The translations under genes were made by a program, and so were the position numbers. A stretch of DNA of 64,000 nucleotides, taken from the IMG/VR virus record IMGVR_UViG_3300022935_000005, positions 216,914-280,913 of that record. The stretch is one strand, 5' to 3'. Position 1 is the stretch's first letter, and every line of letters starts with the position of its first letter. The notes under the pieces are model-generated. The model was not told the origin of the DNA, did not search any database, and saw nothing but the letters and a program-made list of their open reading frames with translations. Shown here piece after piece: positions 9,841 through 20,723 of the stretch.

Positions 9841-11388
9841 ATGCCTTATAATAAAAGAAAGCAAAAGTGCACACAGTCAGACGGTGACAAAGGAAACTAT
9901 GTCCTTTCTTATACTGACAAGAAAGGGAAAAAGCACCGTGCCTGTCATACCAGTAAGAAGAACATGCAAGGTCAGATCGCTGCGATAGAAGCTGAAGCTG
10001 ACACGTCTGAATCTGACATGCTCGAAGAAATTAGAGCTTTAGTAAGAGAAGAGGTGATGAGGCTTGGGGGATCTTCAGCAGAGGTTGGTCCAATCAAGCA
10101 AGATATGGATCTTATGTCTGTAGCTAAGGATATGTTGGAAGCAGGCGACTCTGAAGGACTTGAGGATCTAGTTGACCTTAACAACGCTATCTATACTTCT
10201 ATCGATAAGCGGGACGCTTGGGAGTCTATTGGCGAACAGCTATTAACCGCTTGGGGCTTTGACGCTCCAGCTCAAGGTAAGAAGGCTGCTGCTGCTTCCG
10301 AGGGTGGTAGCGACGGCTCTGTCGCGACTTTTTGGGACGTGAGAAAAGAAGGTGTGCTATATTCTGTGAAGACGAGTTTTAAGACTCCAACGAAGCCGAC
10401 TAACTACAAGCAAGCAACTCAAAGCTCCAATATAAAGTTGTCAGCACTTTTTTCTGCAATAAAAGAAAATCCGCCAGGAACAAAGCTGGGAAATATTGGC
10501 TGTATTTACTCTGAGGAAGAAAACTCTCGTGTTATTGGGTGGGGAAACGTGACAGCACCAATATCGTCTGACGATCTTAGTCAAAAAATAAGGAGCATCA
10601 TCCAGAAAAATGTTGCCCCTGAAAATGTTGAAATCATTTTAAGCTCGTACGATTCTTTAGTGGGAACTGCTACTGGCAAAAAAATGTCTAAAGACGAGAC
10701 AGTTACAACAAAGCTTATCATTCGTGCACTCTCTTCAGCCGGACTATCGACCTCAGATGGAAGGCTTACAGGTAAGGCTGAACAATTTTTAGGCAGCTAC
10801 TCTGAAGGAACACCGATAGCATCTCTCGCTGTTTATGAACCGTCATATTTCTTTAAGGAGACGATGGGTAAATTAGGTGACGTTGATGATAACCAATTGT
10901 CTCTCTTTGATTTGCCAAAGGCAGATAAAGAATTTGCTTCTGACGGAGAAAGAAATGACGTTGTTAAGAGGCTTGGGACGCTAGCAAGAGGAATGTCTAC
11001 GACACAGCTTGACAAGCTATTGTCAGCAGCCAGAGAAATTATGAATGAGTCATTAATACGTGAGTACATTAGTGAGGCCACACTAATCAATGAAGAGTTA
11101 ACGGGCTCTGATAAGTCTGAAATCAAGCGGATGATAAAGAAAGAGATCGAAGGTGCCACCAACCGTAAAGAGATCGATAAGGCTTTTAAGAAAGCTTTCG
11201 ATTCAGAGCTCAAGAAATCCCTTAGCTCAAAGTCTGTTGTAGACGAGATCCAGAAAGAAGTTGAGAAGAGCATGGGCTCATCTGCGAACCGAGAAGTGGT
11301 GGTCCGGATTTGCAAAGACGTTTTAGTCAAGCTGTACAGAGAGCTTAGTTTCTCGTATAAGCCAGTTATTGACAGAATGAAAGTGTAA
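9841..11388 (+). CDS. Multi-domain hypothetical protein with possible PD-(D/E)xK-like central domain
   Basis: Basic N-terminus; central WESIGE...WDVRKEGVLYSVK; linkers IRALVREE and LIREYISEATLINEE. Confidence 0.5.
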   Translation: MPYNKRKQKCTQSDGDKGNYVLSYTDKKGKKHRACHTSKKNMQGQIAAIEAEADTSESDMLEEIRALVREEVMRLGGSSAEVGPIKQDMDLMSVAKDMLEAGDSEGLEDLVDLNNAIYTSIDKRDAWESIGEQLLTAWGFDAPAQGKKAAAASEGGSDGSVATFWDVRKEGVLYSVKTSFKTPTKPTNYKQATQSSNIKLSALFSAIKENPPGTKLGNIGCIYSEEENSRVIGWGNVTAPISSDDLSQKIRSIIQKNVAPENVEIILSSYDSLVGTATGKKMSKDETVTTKLIIRALSSAGLSTSDGRLTGKAEQFLGSYSEGTPIASLAVYEPSYFFKETMGKLGDVDDNQLSLFDLPKADKEFASDGERNDVVKRLGTLARGMSTTQLDKLLSAAREIMNESLIREYISEATLINEELTGSDKSEIKRMIKKEIEGATNRKEIDKAFKKAFDSELKKSLSSKSVVDEIQKEVEKSMGSSANREVVVRICKDVLVKLYRELSFSYKPVIDRMKV

Positions 11389-11417
11389 ACTATTTCTTCG
11401 TCTGCTATAATCTCTGT

Positions 11418-12359
11418 ATGTATGGCAGAATCCCAAATGAAGAGAAGATGTTTGAGCCAGGTGATACTTTCTTGTATCAGGGTTCTCAAGTGACAGTAGA
11501 TCGTCTTATACCCCACACGGTATACTACGAACATCGCCCCATCGCTAGCTACCAAGCTTATTATTACGTCGTGACGTTACCTGATGGTTCTTCAAGGTCG
11601 CTGAGCTTGCAAGACATCAAGCCGGAGGAGCAGTGAGTGAATCCTACAAAATTGGCGAAGTTGTGTATGTGACTCAATACTACGACGACATGATAGTCAA
11701 GGAAAGGTCTATCGGCTTGATAACTGACATAGATAGATATTCTTGGCTGAATGTCCACGGGGGTAAGACGGAGTTTGAGATTTACAAAATACTAGACTCT
11801 AGAACTAACACAACCGTGACAGCTGAGAAATTTGCAATTAGCAAGCTCGAGGAGTATGTGTAATGAGAGATTTCCTAATAAGCGCAGTTTCTTTTGCAAT
11901 TATCGCAACAATTCTCTGGGGCTCTTTTTTACTGCTTTGTGTGGTGATCGACTTTTTATCTGGAATGGGCATATCTGCTGGCTTTTTGTGGTTTACGTCT
12001 GGTCTAGCTGTGGCTTACTGTAAGCCTGCCGCGGCCCTGCTAAAGTTGTGTGAGTCAGTTTATATTAAGGTTCACGATATATTCTGGAGACTTGATTGAA
12101 GGTCACACCATCACCAAGCCTGATGAGACACCATCAGAGAGAGTACTATGACCCATCTCGTCTGATTCAGATCATCGACGAGCTGATAATAACATCACCT
12201 GATATTCCAAATTCTTACAGATTTATGACCTCGACAGGACTAATCATACATGAGAAGTGTAGGTCTTTAGAGGAGTTTCTTAAAAATAAGACTGATGCGA
12301 GGAGCTTGCGAGTCAAGAATCTTCTGTCCAGACTTCTAAGGCTTAATCAGGAGGTCTGA
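11418..12359 (+). CDS. Run of four small hypothetical ORFs (11418-11636, 11633-11863, 11863-12099, 12096-12359)
   Basis: Overlapping stop/start junctions; the first two have xxPGD/xxIGE beta-barrel-like starts. Confidence 0.55.
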
Positions 12360-12363
12360 TAAG

Positions 12364-13119
12364 ATGGACCCGTACGCTGTCTTAGGAGTGCAAAAGTCTG
12401 CATCACAAGATGAGATAAAGAAGTCATATCGAAAGTTAGCCCTTAAGTACCATCCTGACAGAAATACAGCCCCCGAAGCATCAGAACAATTTAAGAAAGT
12501 CTCTGAAGCTTATTCCATGATAGGTGATCCGCAAGCTAGGAAAGACTACGAGTTGAAGTCTGGAAACCCGCGAAGCCGAGACTTTGAAGAGTTCTTCCGC
12601 GGAAGCCAGTGGGGATCATGGGATGAGATGTTCGGGACAAGATATCAAAAGACGCGACCTTACATTATAAAGGTGAAAATAGACTTCTCTCTGGAAGAGC
12701 TGAACAGCAGGCCCATGAAAAGCTTCCACTTGGATGGTCAGAGGATCGACTTTCGAGTCCCTCGTGGCGTTCGTCCAGGAGAAATCTTCAACGTCGAGTT
12801 AGGTGGTGGTCAGGAATTACATATAACTGCGGGAGTACTAAAGAATAAGCTGTTTGAGCTTAAGGGTGATGACCTGCATACACAAGTGAGTGTCCCTATT
12901 GACATTGCGCTGAAGGGTGGCGAGTTAAAGGTCCCGACGTTGTCAGGAACAATTAGTCTAAAGATTCCCGCGAGAACAAGTTCACACACAAAGCTAAGAG
13001 TGAAGTCATCTGGCCTACCTTTGAAAATTGCAGGTTTCGGATCTATAATCTATGAAGTGAGGTTGGATCTGAAGAAAATAAGTCCTGAATTATTATCATG
13101 GTCTTCTTCTTTCAATTAA
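12364..13119 (+). CDS. DnaJ-class co-chaperone (J domain plus C-terminal domain, no Zn finger)
   Basis: DPYAVLGV...[14 protein letters not shown]-terminal GDDLHT...[12 protein letters not shown]. Confidence 0.92.
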   Translation: MDPYAVLGVQKSASQDEIKKSYRKLALKYHPDRNTAPEASEQFKKVSEAYSMIGDPQARKDYELKSGNPRSRDFEEFFRGSQWGSWDEMFGTRYQKTRPYIIKVKIDFSLEELNSRPMKSFHLDGQRIDFRVPRGVRPGEIFNVELGGGQELHITAGVLKNKLFELKGDDLHTQVSVPIDIALKGGELKVPTLSGTISLKIPARTSSHTKLRVKSSGLPLKIAGFGSIIYEVRLDLKKISPELLSWSSSFN

Positions 13120-13642
13120 TTTGTACTTTACATTTTTGTTCGTATAATATCAATAGTGGAGTTAAAGGAGTTTTAGCCATGGGAGAAGTTGTGGACCTTC
13201 TTGAGTACAAACGGCTCAAGAAGACAGAGGAGGAAGAAGAGATAGAAAAGCTGAAGGCTGAACTACGTTCTCTCATTGGCGAGATAGGCGGGATTCATGT
13301 TGTACCTCTGGCGATGTCACGAGATATGACTGATCTTACGCACTTAGGTTTCGGATATTCTTTCGACCCGGGTGTGTACATGAGCTCTTCCTGTCCGTTC
13401 TACACGGTGAGTACATCAGGGGACAAAAGAGAAGATGAATAGCGAACATTCTCTAAATACTGGAGATATTCTAGAAGATAGATATGGCAACAAAATGGTG
13501 ATCGTAGATGTTTTGGCGCCTGAGAATACAGGTGCTGATTGTTTAGAATGCTTTGTTTTAGTTAACGGAAGAATCAAGAGGGTGAACGCCAATAGTCCCT
13601 CTATTATCAAGTCTTATAAAAAAGAGAAAAGGAGCTTAAAAA

Positions 13643-13876
13643 ATGGCTAATCAGGAAATTGTTACAGAGTTCGTAGAGAAAGTACTTGCTTTCGAGTCTG
13701 AAAAGCGTGAGCTAGCAGAGGCAGAGAAGGAGCTGTACGCAGATTACAAGGACAAGCTTGACGTAAAGGCTTTCAAGATTGCCCTCCGGATTGCAAAGAT
13801 GCGTGCAAAACTAGACTCCTCAGAAGATGCCGAAGTAGATCAAATTCTTGGTGTCGTTTCCACCCGCGTGCCATAA
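13643..13876 (+). CDS. Small helical DNA-binding protein (GapR/DUF2312 or T4 DsbA-like)
   Basis: FVEKVLAFESEKRELAEAEKELYADYK..LDVKAFKIALRIAK pattern. Confidence 0.55.
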   Translation: MANQEIVTEFVEKVLAFESEKRELAEAEKELYADYKDKLDVKAFKIALRIAKMRAKLDSSEDAEVDQILGVVSTRVP

Positions 13877-13919
13877 TTAACTGCGACTTATTTATCACAC
13901 TTTTTGGAGTTAATGTCCC

Positions 13920-14261
13920 ATGTTAGATATTAGAAATGATATGTATAAGGTCGGGCTGATTGGTGGAATAGTACTTTTATACGCCGCCTCAGCCTATAGT
14001 TATCTAAGCTCAACCGGTGATCGACAAACGTCTGGTGAATACTTGGCTACGCCTTCGACAGACAAAACGATGATCAGGGTTTTGGAAACAGCGCGAGCTC
14101 ATGGCGATCACAAGATACCTCACAAAAGCCTCCAGTCTGCGAATGTCATTGTACCGGGATCTACTTGCGTTATAACTAGTGAAAATCTAGACTTCAGTGG
14201 CGACTTTGTCGAGGTATCTGCCGACTGTTTTGCCGTGGGAAGCTCACAGGAAGCAGAGTGA
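13920..14261 (+). CDS. Membrane-anchored hypothetical protein
   Basis: N-terminal TM segment; overlaps the next gene. Confidence 0.5.
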   Translation: MLDIRNDMYKVGLIGGIVLLYAASAYSYLSSTGDRQTSGEYLATPSTDKTMIRVLETARAHGDHKIPHKSLQSANVIVPGSTCVITSENLDFSGDFVEVSADCFAVGSSQEAE

Positions 14262-15154
14262 AATTTGCTGCCGGCCTGCTTACGCTATTTCTACTATCCA
14301 GTAGCACCGCTGCTGATGAAAAGGCGTCTGAGTATATACTCTACAAGCATGAGCTACCAGACTGGGATGAAAGGTTTCAGTTAGCAGCTGGTACAGCGAA
14401 GGATAGATGCCAGCTCCATGAATGCTTGTGCTCTGTTTCTCGCCCGGTATCCTCTTCGCAATCGACCTTTGGCACAGGCACAGACCGCAGACATTCTCTC
14501 TATTTTTCAGAGGCAGGTTATGTCCCGAAAGAGAGTCAGAAAAGAAGTCTGGAGAACTGGATCAAGAAGCATTCTTTTAGTACGTCTATCACACTCATCG
14601 GATACACAGATAGTTGCGGTACCCACGATTATAATGAGAAGCTGGTAAGAAACAGAGTCTCTGAAGTACGGCAAACGCTAACGGGCATGGGATACCCGAA
14701 GGCTAGTTCTATCATTTTTAGGGCGGAAGCTAGTTACGGTCATGATCCTTCTTCCCGAAGGGTCGATGTGATAGTTCACCGAACAAGCCGGTTAACAACC
14801 ATGATTGAAAAGGTACAAGCAGATGTCTACTTAATAGATGCCTCTGGTTCGATGTGGGGTAGCTGGAGAAAATGGTCTGATATAGTCGCTGTTTCTTTTA
14901 AACCCGGTTCGAGGATATACCTTTCGAAGTCTGAAGACTGCTATTCTGGACAATCACTTGACAAGGTGTCTCCGTCAGGCGCAACAGAAATATGGTACTC
15001 TTACTGGAAGGTATTGGATAAGATGAAGGCAGGAGAGACTCTAGTGGTGATATCAGACTTTCGATCAACTGTTCCACTTACTCGTAGAGAGGCGGAAATG
15101 ATTGAAGAGAAAGTCAGGTCGAAGGGCATAAAGGTTATAGCTCTGAAGCCTTAA
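14258..15154 (+). CDS. Secreted protein with OmpA-like domain and C-terminal VWA-like domain
   Basis: Signal peptide; LIGYTDSCG...YNEKL..NRV...SRRVDV; YLIDASGSM and LVVISDF. Confidence 0.7.
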   Translation: MKFAAGLLTLFLLSSSTAADEKASEYILYKHELPDWDERFQLAAGTAKDRCQLHECLCSVSRPVSSSQSTFGTGTDRRHSLYFSEAGYVPKESQKRSLENWIKKHSFSTSITLIGYTDSCGTHDYNEKLVRNRVSEVRQTLTGMGYPKASSIIFRAEASYGHDPSSRRVDVIVHRTSRLTTMIEKVQADVYLIDASGSMWGSWRKWSDIVAVSFKPGSRIYLSKSEDCYSGQSLDKVSPSGATEIWYSYWKVLDKMKAGETLVVISDFRSTVPLTRREAEMIEEKVRSKGIKVIALKP

Positions 15155-15216
15155 CGTTACGCTTTTCCTTAATATGATATGAGGGTAAGGGATACAACAT
15201 CAGGAGGGATCCTCAA

Positions 15217-15423
15217 ATGGCAAGAATGCAATCAGAAGACGTACAAGCTCTTCTAAACTTAAGGGCAAATTTAATCAACGATCACATCCGGATGCTCGAC
15301 GGCGCGACTAGCCCTCACACCGCGATGGTGAAGCAGGCCGATGTAGCTCGTTGCTTGTCAACAGCCATTCGAAATTTAGAGGAAATTCTAGCCACCGCCG
15401 GCGGCGTAGAATTTAATAAGTAG
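15217..15423 (+). CDS. Hypothetical protein
   Basis: ORF with GGAGG RBS. Confidence 0.5.
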   Translation: MARMQSEDVQALLNLRANLINDHIRMLDGATSPHTAMVKQADVARCLSTAIRNLEEILATAGGVEFNK

Positions 15424-15487
15424 CTTTGTAAACTCCTCTTTCTAGAGTTATTATAGAAATAGTTCTAGCAATCAAATAGGAGAACTT

Positions 15488-15895
15488 ATGAAGCAGTATC
15501 GTAACAACTATAAGAATATGCACCCACAGTCAGCAAGGCACATCGGCCGAGAGATTGTGCTAGCCACTCTTTCTGACTCTAATGCTGAGAATGTTAATCG
15601 ACGTCTAAAGTCTGCCGGAGTTACCAATCCTGACGGTACAGACGTTGTGTTTTCAGAGCCACACTTGGATCAGATGAAGACAGGACTAGCTTCTATTATT
15701 GAGATGGTTCAGGATAGGGCTCCACATCGATTCGAGGAAGCTCTTGACCTTGTAATCAATATGCACACAGGTGGATCTTACGGCCCATGGTATCGTAAGT
15801 GGTACATCCCATACGCTTTAGAGACCGGAGCTCCTCTTTGGGTATCTTCATCTGAAGCTCATGAAGTTGTAGACCGACTACGCAGCGCAGCGTAA
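15488..15895 (+). CDS. Hypothetical protein
   Basis: Preceded by TTGTAA-N17-TATTAT (15426-15454) and AGGAG. Confidence 0.55.
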   Translation: MKQYRNNYKNMHPQSARHIGREIVLATLSDSNAENVNRRLKSAGVTNPDGTDVVFSEPHLDQMKTGLASIIEMVQDRAPHRFEEALDLVINMHTGGSYGPWYRKWYIPYALETGAPLWVSSSEAHEVVDRLRSAA

Positions 15896-15918
15896 CAACA
15901 TTTCTTATATGAGTATAT

Positions 15919-15947
15919 GGGGGGGCTTTGCTCCCCTTTTTACTTTT
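15919..15947 (+). terminator. Rho-independent terminator
   Basis: GGGGGGC-TTT-GCTCCCC stem followed by T-runs. Confidence 0.7.
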
Positions 15948-15994
15948 TCGCTCTATTTATCTATAGATAACTTTGTTGTAAAGGGTACAACGCC

Positions 15995-17245
15995 GTGAGC
16001 GGAAAAAACAATAAGGAAGAAGAGACTTTATTTGTAAAGGGTAACTATGTTGCCGTAATGAATGGTAAGGTCGACGCTAGCGGTCTTGTATCAACCTCTG
16101 TGACAGTATGTACCATTTTGCACGTAGGCTGTGATGACGTGTTTGTGCAGTCTACATCCAGCCAGTTTTCTAATCCAGTAAGGTATATCGTTTCTAAACA
16201 AGCGTGCGTTCCTCTCTCCATAGATCCCGGGAATGTCGTTGGTTGTGTGCCTGCCCAGCCCTCAATCGGAGATATGGTTTTGTTTCATGATAAGCTGACG
16301 TGGTCGAGTAAAGAGCTTGAACTTATAGTTGGTACTGTATATGAAATATCTTTTATGAAGGGACGTCCGTCAACCGCGACTGTAATGAGAGGCACTGACA
16401 TGATCGAGCTACCGTACGCCAGTTTGCTGGTTTTACAGAAGGCACATTCGGTAGTGTAATTGTTCGACCAAACGCTTATAGTATAGCCATGAGCAAAGAA
16501 AGCAGCAAACCAACAAGTAAGAAAGCATCGGCACGGGGCGCACGTAAGTCTCTCGTCGCGGAATATAAGGCGAAAGCAAGGGGCAAAAAAACTTCTAGCG
16601 TTTCCTCAAAGAAAAGTGCCGATAAGAGTAAGCCAGTTCGACGAACGCCCACGAAGATTACATACAACCCTATCACGGAAATGGAAGTGGCCGGAGAAGT
16701 TTATCGCACCGGTGACATCGCACACTTCGTTTTAGAGGGCCGGATGGAGTCCAAGAAGCCTCACACCGGTGAGATCAAGGAATGTTATCCCAACGATCGG
16801 ATGGAGCCGAGCGTGGCAGTTTGGGACCAGACCGACGGCAAATACAGAACAATCAGAGCCAGATTGGTTGGATGGACAGCCACAGAAGCAAAGAAGAAAT
16901 GGCAGGAGTTCCTCGGTGACAACCCGGAAAAAGATTACTACTAATAAAGAGAGTGATGTGATTCAATCGTCACGCCGTAAGCGTGCCTCTAGAATCGACC
17001 CCCTCTCAGAGCACTGGTTCCACCCCAGAACCCCTTTCGCTCCCGGAGACATAGTTGCCATCAAGTGGGCAGATGATGCGCTTTCTCACCTCATGAATGA
17101 GGGTCCTCGGAGAACAGGAGTTGTCCTGACCGTGCTTGACGATACCACACCTGAGGGTGTTGAAGTCATGTGGGACTCGGGGGATATTGATTGGGATTAC
17201 GCCGATGACCTCCGACACGTTGAGGAGAGTCCACGACATGAGTAA
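15995..17245 (+). CDS. Three hypothetical ORFs (15995-16459, 16489-16944, about 16958-17245) with SH3/Tudor-like segments
   Basis: PSIGDMVLF, YRTGDIAHF and FAPGDIVAIKW motifs. Confidence 0.5.
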
Positions 17246-18068
17246 AGAGAGAAAACACATACTTCACATTCACGTTCCCAAGACAGGCGGGACTTGGTTC
17301 AACAGAGTCATGCACGAGCACCTGGGTACCGCATTTACTAGTGCCGATCACAACGCTGTCGAGTGGGCCGTCGAGGGCACGATGAAGGTCCCGTTCTGGA
17401 TCACAAGCGGAGCTGAGCACGTCGCTATAACGCTGCAAGGCATCGATGCCGAGGGTAACCGCGTCCCAAACCTCCTCCGCCCGGAGATTTACACGCGAGT
17501 CGGCATCTGCCGGAATCCGTTCGAGCTGCTTGTGAGTCACTGGAGCCACGACCACCCCGCTGACCGCGAGCGTGCCGCTCGCTGGGGCGCGCTGCCAGCC
17601 GGCCCGGTCGGTTGGGACTGCACCAACGCGGTTCACGGCATCTCAAGTTTTGACGGCTTCATCAAACGCCTGACAGATCCTGAGTTTCCCTGGGCTCACG
17701 CAACGTTGCAGCAGTCGCTGCACTACCAGTTACTGACGACAAAACGCCCACCCCGGGTCACTGTTGACTATGTGCTGAGGAACGAGCGGTTGACGGAGGC
17801 AACGCGAGAGCTCTTGGGCTTTCTGGGCATTGAACCCAATGAGACCACGCTCGCGAGCGATCGCGCCAGCAACAGCAGCCGCCACCGAGACTACCGGAGC
17901 TACTATACCGACGAGTTGCGCGAGCTTGTGGAGACCCACTATGCCCGAGACCTGGACACGCTTGGGTACGATTTTGACGGGTCAACGATCGACGCGGCGT
18001 GGTTTGCCATGGACCCTGCTGAAGAGCTGCCCGAGACCGCCATTGACACATATGTGTTAAAGGTGTAA
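17238..18068 (+). CDS. Sulfotransferase family 2 protein
   Basis: HIHVPKTGGTW (5'-PSB), RNPFELLVSHW (3'-PB), DYVLRNERL, YRSYYTDEL...DLDTLGYDF. Confidence 0.85.
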   Translation: MSKERKHILHIHVPKTGGTWFNRVMHEHLGTAFTSADHNAVEWAVEGTMKVPFWITSGAEHVAITLQGIDAEGNRVPNLLRPEIYTRVGICRNPFELLVSHWSHDHPADRERAARWGALPAGPVGWDCTNAVHGISSFDGFIKRLTDPEFPWAHATLQQSLHYQLLTTKRPPRVTVDYVLRNERLTEATRELLGFLGIEPNETTLASDRASNSSRHRDYRSYYTDELRELVETHYARDLDTLGYDFDGSTIDAAWFAMDPAEELPETAIDTYVLKV

Positions 18069-18077
18069 TTGCTCGAC

Positions 18078-18111
18078 AATCGTGCAAAGGTGCACCCACT
18101 TAGTGTATAAT
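18078..18111 (+). promoter_or_regulatory. Repeated promoter copy
   Basis: AATCGTGCAA-N18-TATAAT. Confidence 0.75.
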
Positions 18112-18115
18112 ATAG

Positions 18116-19015
18116 ATGTTGGTGGGGCTGATCCCCCAACACTGGAGAGTGCTCATGGACATCATCGTTACCGACAAGATCACCGCCGTCTGGGGCCGCG
18201 ATGTTACCGGCGTCAAGTACGTCCTCAACATCATTGAGACCGAAAACCTGACTCTGCCCCGCACCGCCGCCACCGGTCTCACCGGTGCCGACCTGGGCTG
18301 GACTGCCTACCCCACGGCGCGGGTGACCCTCGACCGTCGGGCGCGATGACGCGCTATGATGATACCACCGGGCCTGCGCCGGGCACGCTTGTCGCTAACT
18401 GCAACGAGTTCAGCGCTTGTTACGGGAGTGTTGGCCTTGTCATTGAGGAAAACCGGTCGACGCTCGCCGCTCTCGTTTACTTTTTTGTTGACCAGAAAAT
18501 GCGACCTGAACGCTGGGTGTACTGGCGACACTTGTGCGATGTGGAGGATGTAGATGACGCGCAACTCACTTGACTTTTTCTCTGGTCGATCACAGGATGG
18601 GTTTGACCGCTTTGATCCGGATCCCTATGTGACCCAAACCCGGGACCACTTCCTGGCGCTGGTCGGCGGCGAGTTTGATTACTACGGTGCTGACGGTGCC
18701 GAGCATGAGTTCAAGATTGACGGCATTGTCTTCAGGGTCCTTGAGGATCCCCAAGACGGGTACCGAAGCTGCCTGGGCGTGATCGAGTACAGCCCCGACC
18801 AGAGCCGCGGGATCTTCTTCACTCAACCTCTGGCGCGAGTCCGGCTGGAACAGTACGACTTGTACAAGGGCGATGACGTCTACAACGAGGCGTGTCAAGG
18901 GTACCGGTTGGTCGACGTTGATGACGCTCACGTCTGGCTTGAGTTCGGGACTGACAACTACAATGACTACTACCCGATATTCATCTTCCGGCACTGGGCA
19001 AAACCGCCGGCATAG
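18116..19015 (+). CDS. Three small hypothetical ORFs (about 18116-18349, 18346-18573, 18554-19015)
   Basis: Overlapping ORFs downstream of the promoter, G+C-rich codons. Confidence 0.5.
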
Positions 19016-19022
19016 TTTTGAA

Positions 19023-19056
19023 AATCGTGCAAAACGCACTCGCTCTATGGTATTAT
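19023..19056 (+). promoter_or_regulatory. Repeated promoter copy
   Basis: AATCGTGCAA-N18-TATTAT. Confidence 0.75.
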
Positions 19057-19535
19057 AATGATGTTGGTGGGGATTGGACCCCACTCACGAAACAAGAGGT
19101 GACAATGCGTTGCAACTACAATTGGGTTCAGGTTCGCCGGCGTGGCGAGTGGGTTGACAACGATGAGGGGTATAACTACCGTTACTGCCCGTGCTGCGCT
19201 CGGACCACCGAGCATGATCTCGACAAGTGCGTTCCCTGTGACGACCGGCGCGCCCGCGCCCGGCGGCGCTAGGGGGTGGTGATGAAGACTGCTGAGGTTC
19301 ACGTTTCTTTTGACGGCTCTGACTGGCGCAACCGGTTCACGATGCGGAGCCCGACAGGTCGTGTTGTCACTCTGCATTGCAACGGCAAGTGGAGCAAGAT
19401 GAGCCGGGAGCTGCGGCGCCTCGTCAATAAGTACCAGTTCGCAGACGCGGCAGACATTCCCTGGGGTAGTACACGGAAAGAAACTGTTACTTACGACGTG
19501 ATGGCTGAGATCCTGAGCCTCAGCAAGGTGTACTA

Positions 19536-20057
19536 ATGGAGCTCAACGTCGGAGACATCGTCACCTGCAACTGCGAGGCGAAGACGTGGTACCAGGGAAT
19601 CCCTGGCATCATTGTCGAGATTGACGCGCTCAAGGACGTTCATGTCCTCTATGACAACGGTCGGGTCATTCGCCTTGCCCGTTCTGGGTTGGTGCTGGCA
19701 TGAAGGTCGGTGATGTTGTTCTCATGATCGGTGTTCGGGGCATGGGGGTCGAAGTCACAGCTGTTGTGGGAGTCATCATGGCACCCTGGAAGATTGATGA
19801 CTGGTGGGAGGTCATGACACCGCATCACGGTATCATTCACTGGCCTGAGAGTCAGATGCAGAGAGTGGAGATGGGCGATGATGAAACCCGGTGATCTTGT
19901 GTACGATCATGACCTGGATATGATGGGCCTTGTGATCAATGAGTGGGCAAAGGGGGAGAAGTCAACACTGTTCCAGGTCATGTTCAGCACCAGCTTCCTC
20001 ACCATCTGCTCAAGTTCGGACCCAAGCACGGAGGTGATTAGTGAAAATCAGAACTAG
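19536..20057 (+). CDS. Three tandem small SH3/KOW-like ORFs (19536-19703, 19700-19894, 19881-20057)
   Basis: Starts MELNVGDIV, MKVGDVVL, MKPGDLVY; coupled stop/start junctions; two were read by hand because they fall below the ORF-track cut-off. Confidence 0.6.
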
Positions 20058-20379
20058 CGCGCTTGACGGCGAGACGCTCGTCATTGAGATCGAAGAGGGA
20101 GACGACAACGAGCTTGTTCGGCTGCTTGACGGACCTCGTCCCAACGGCTTTGCTGTGTTCGGTCCTGAGGTCCCGGCACCTATTGCCGTCATTGACGGTC
20201 GGATCCTCAACACGGGTCTGACACCCGATCATTTGCTTGCCGTCGAGGCTCACGAGCTCGGGCACATCCACGAAAATACGATTGTTGAGCGCGTTGCAGA
20301 ACAGTTCGCTGTCGACTTGCTTGAAGAGCTGGGTTTGGTGGAGGCTCGGCAGATCTTGCTCGCGAGGGGTATTGTCTAG
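20041..20379 (+). CDS. Small zincin-like (HExxH) protein
   Basis: AVEAHELGH...E.VAEQFA. Confidence 0.55.
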   Translation: MKIRTSALDGETLVIEIEEGDDNELVRLLDGPRPNGFAVFGPEVPAPIAVIDGRILNTGLTPDHLLAVEAHELGHIHENTIVERVAEQFAVDLLEELGLVEARQILLARGIV

Positions 20380-20723
20380 AATGCTCTCTGTACACACTTA
20401 CACGATCCGTTAATATTATCCAAGGAGAACAGCAATGCGTATCACAGTACCTTACACAGCCATCTTCCGCAACCCTGATGGGACCTATGAGTTCGAATAC
20501 ATCGAGCTCCCACAAGGGATTCGAGCAGCTCGACAGTGGTTGGACACTGACTTGCACTTGAACCTGCAGGGCGATGTTGAAGTCGCGGCCCTGATCCCTG
20601 GAGTTCACACGACAGATCTTCCAAAGAGAATGGAGAAAAACTGCGCGTAACCTGTATAAGAGACTGCTGAGAGTGCTATATTAGATATAAGGGCGCGCCC
20701 TACTCTTCTTAGGACACTCATCA

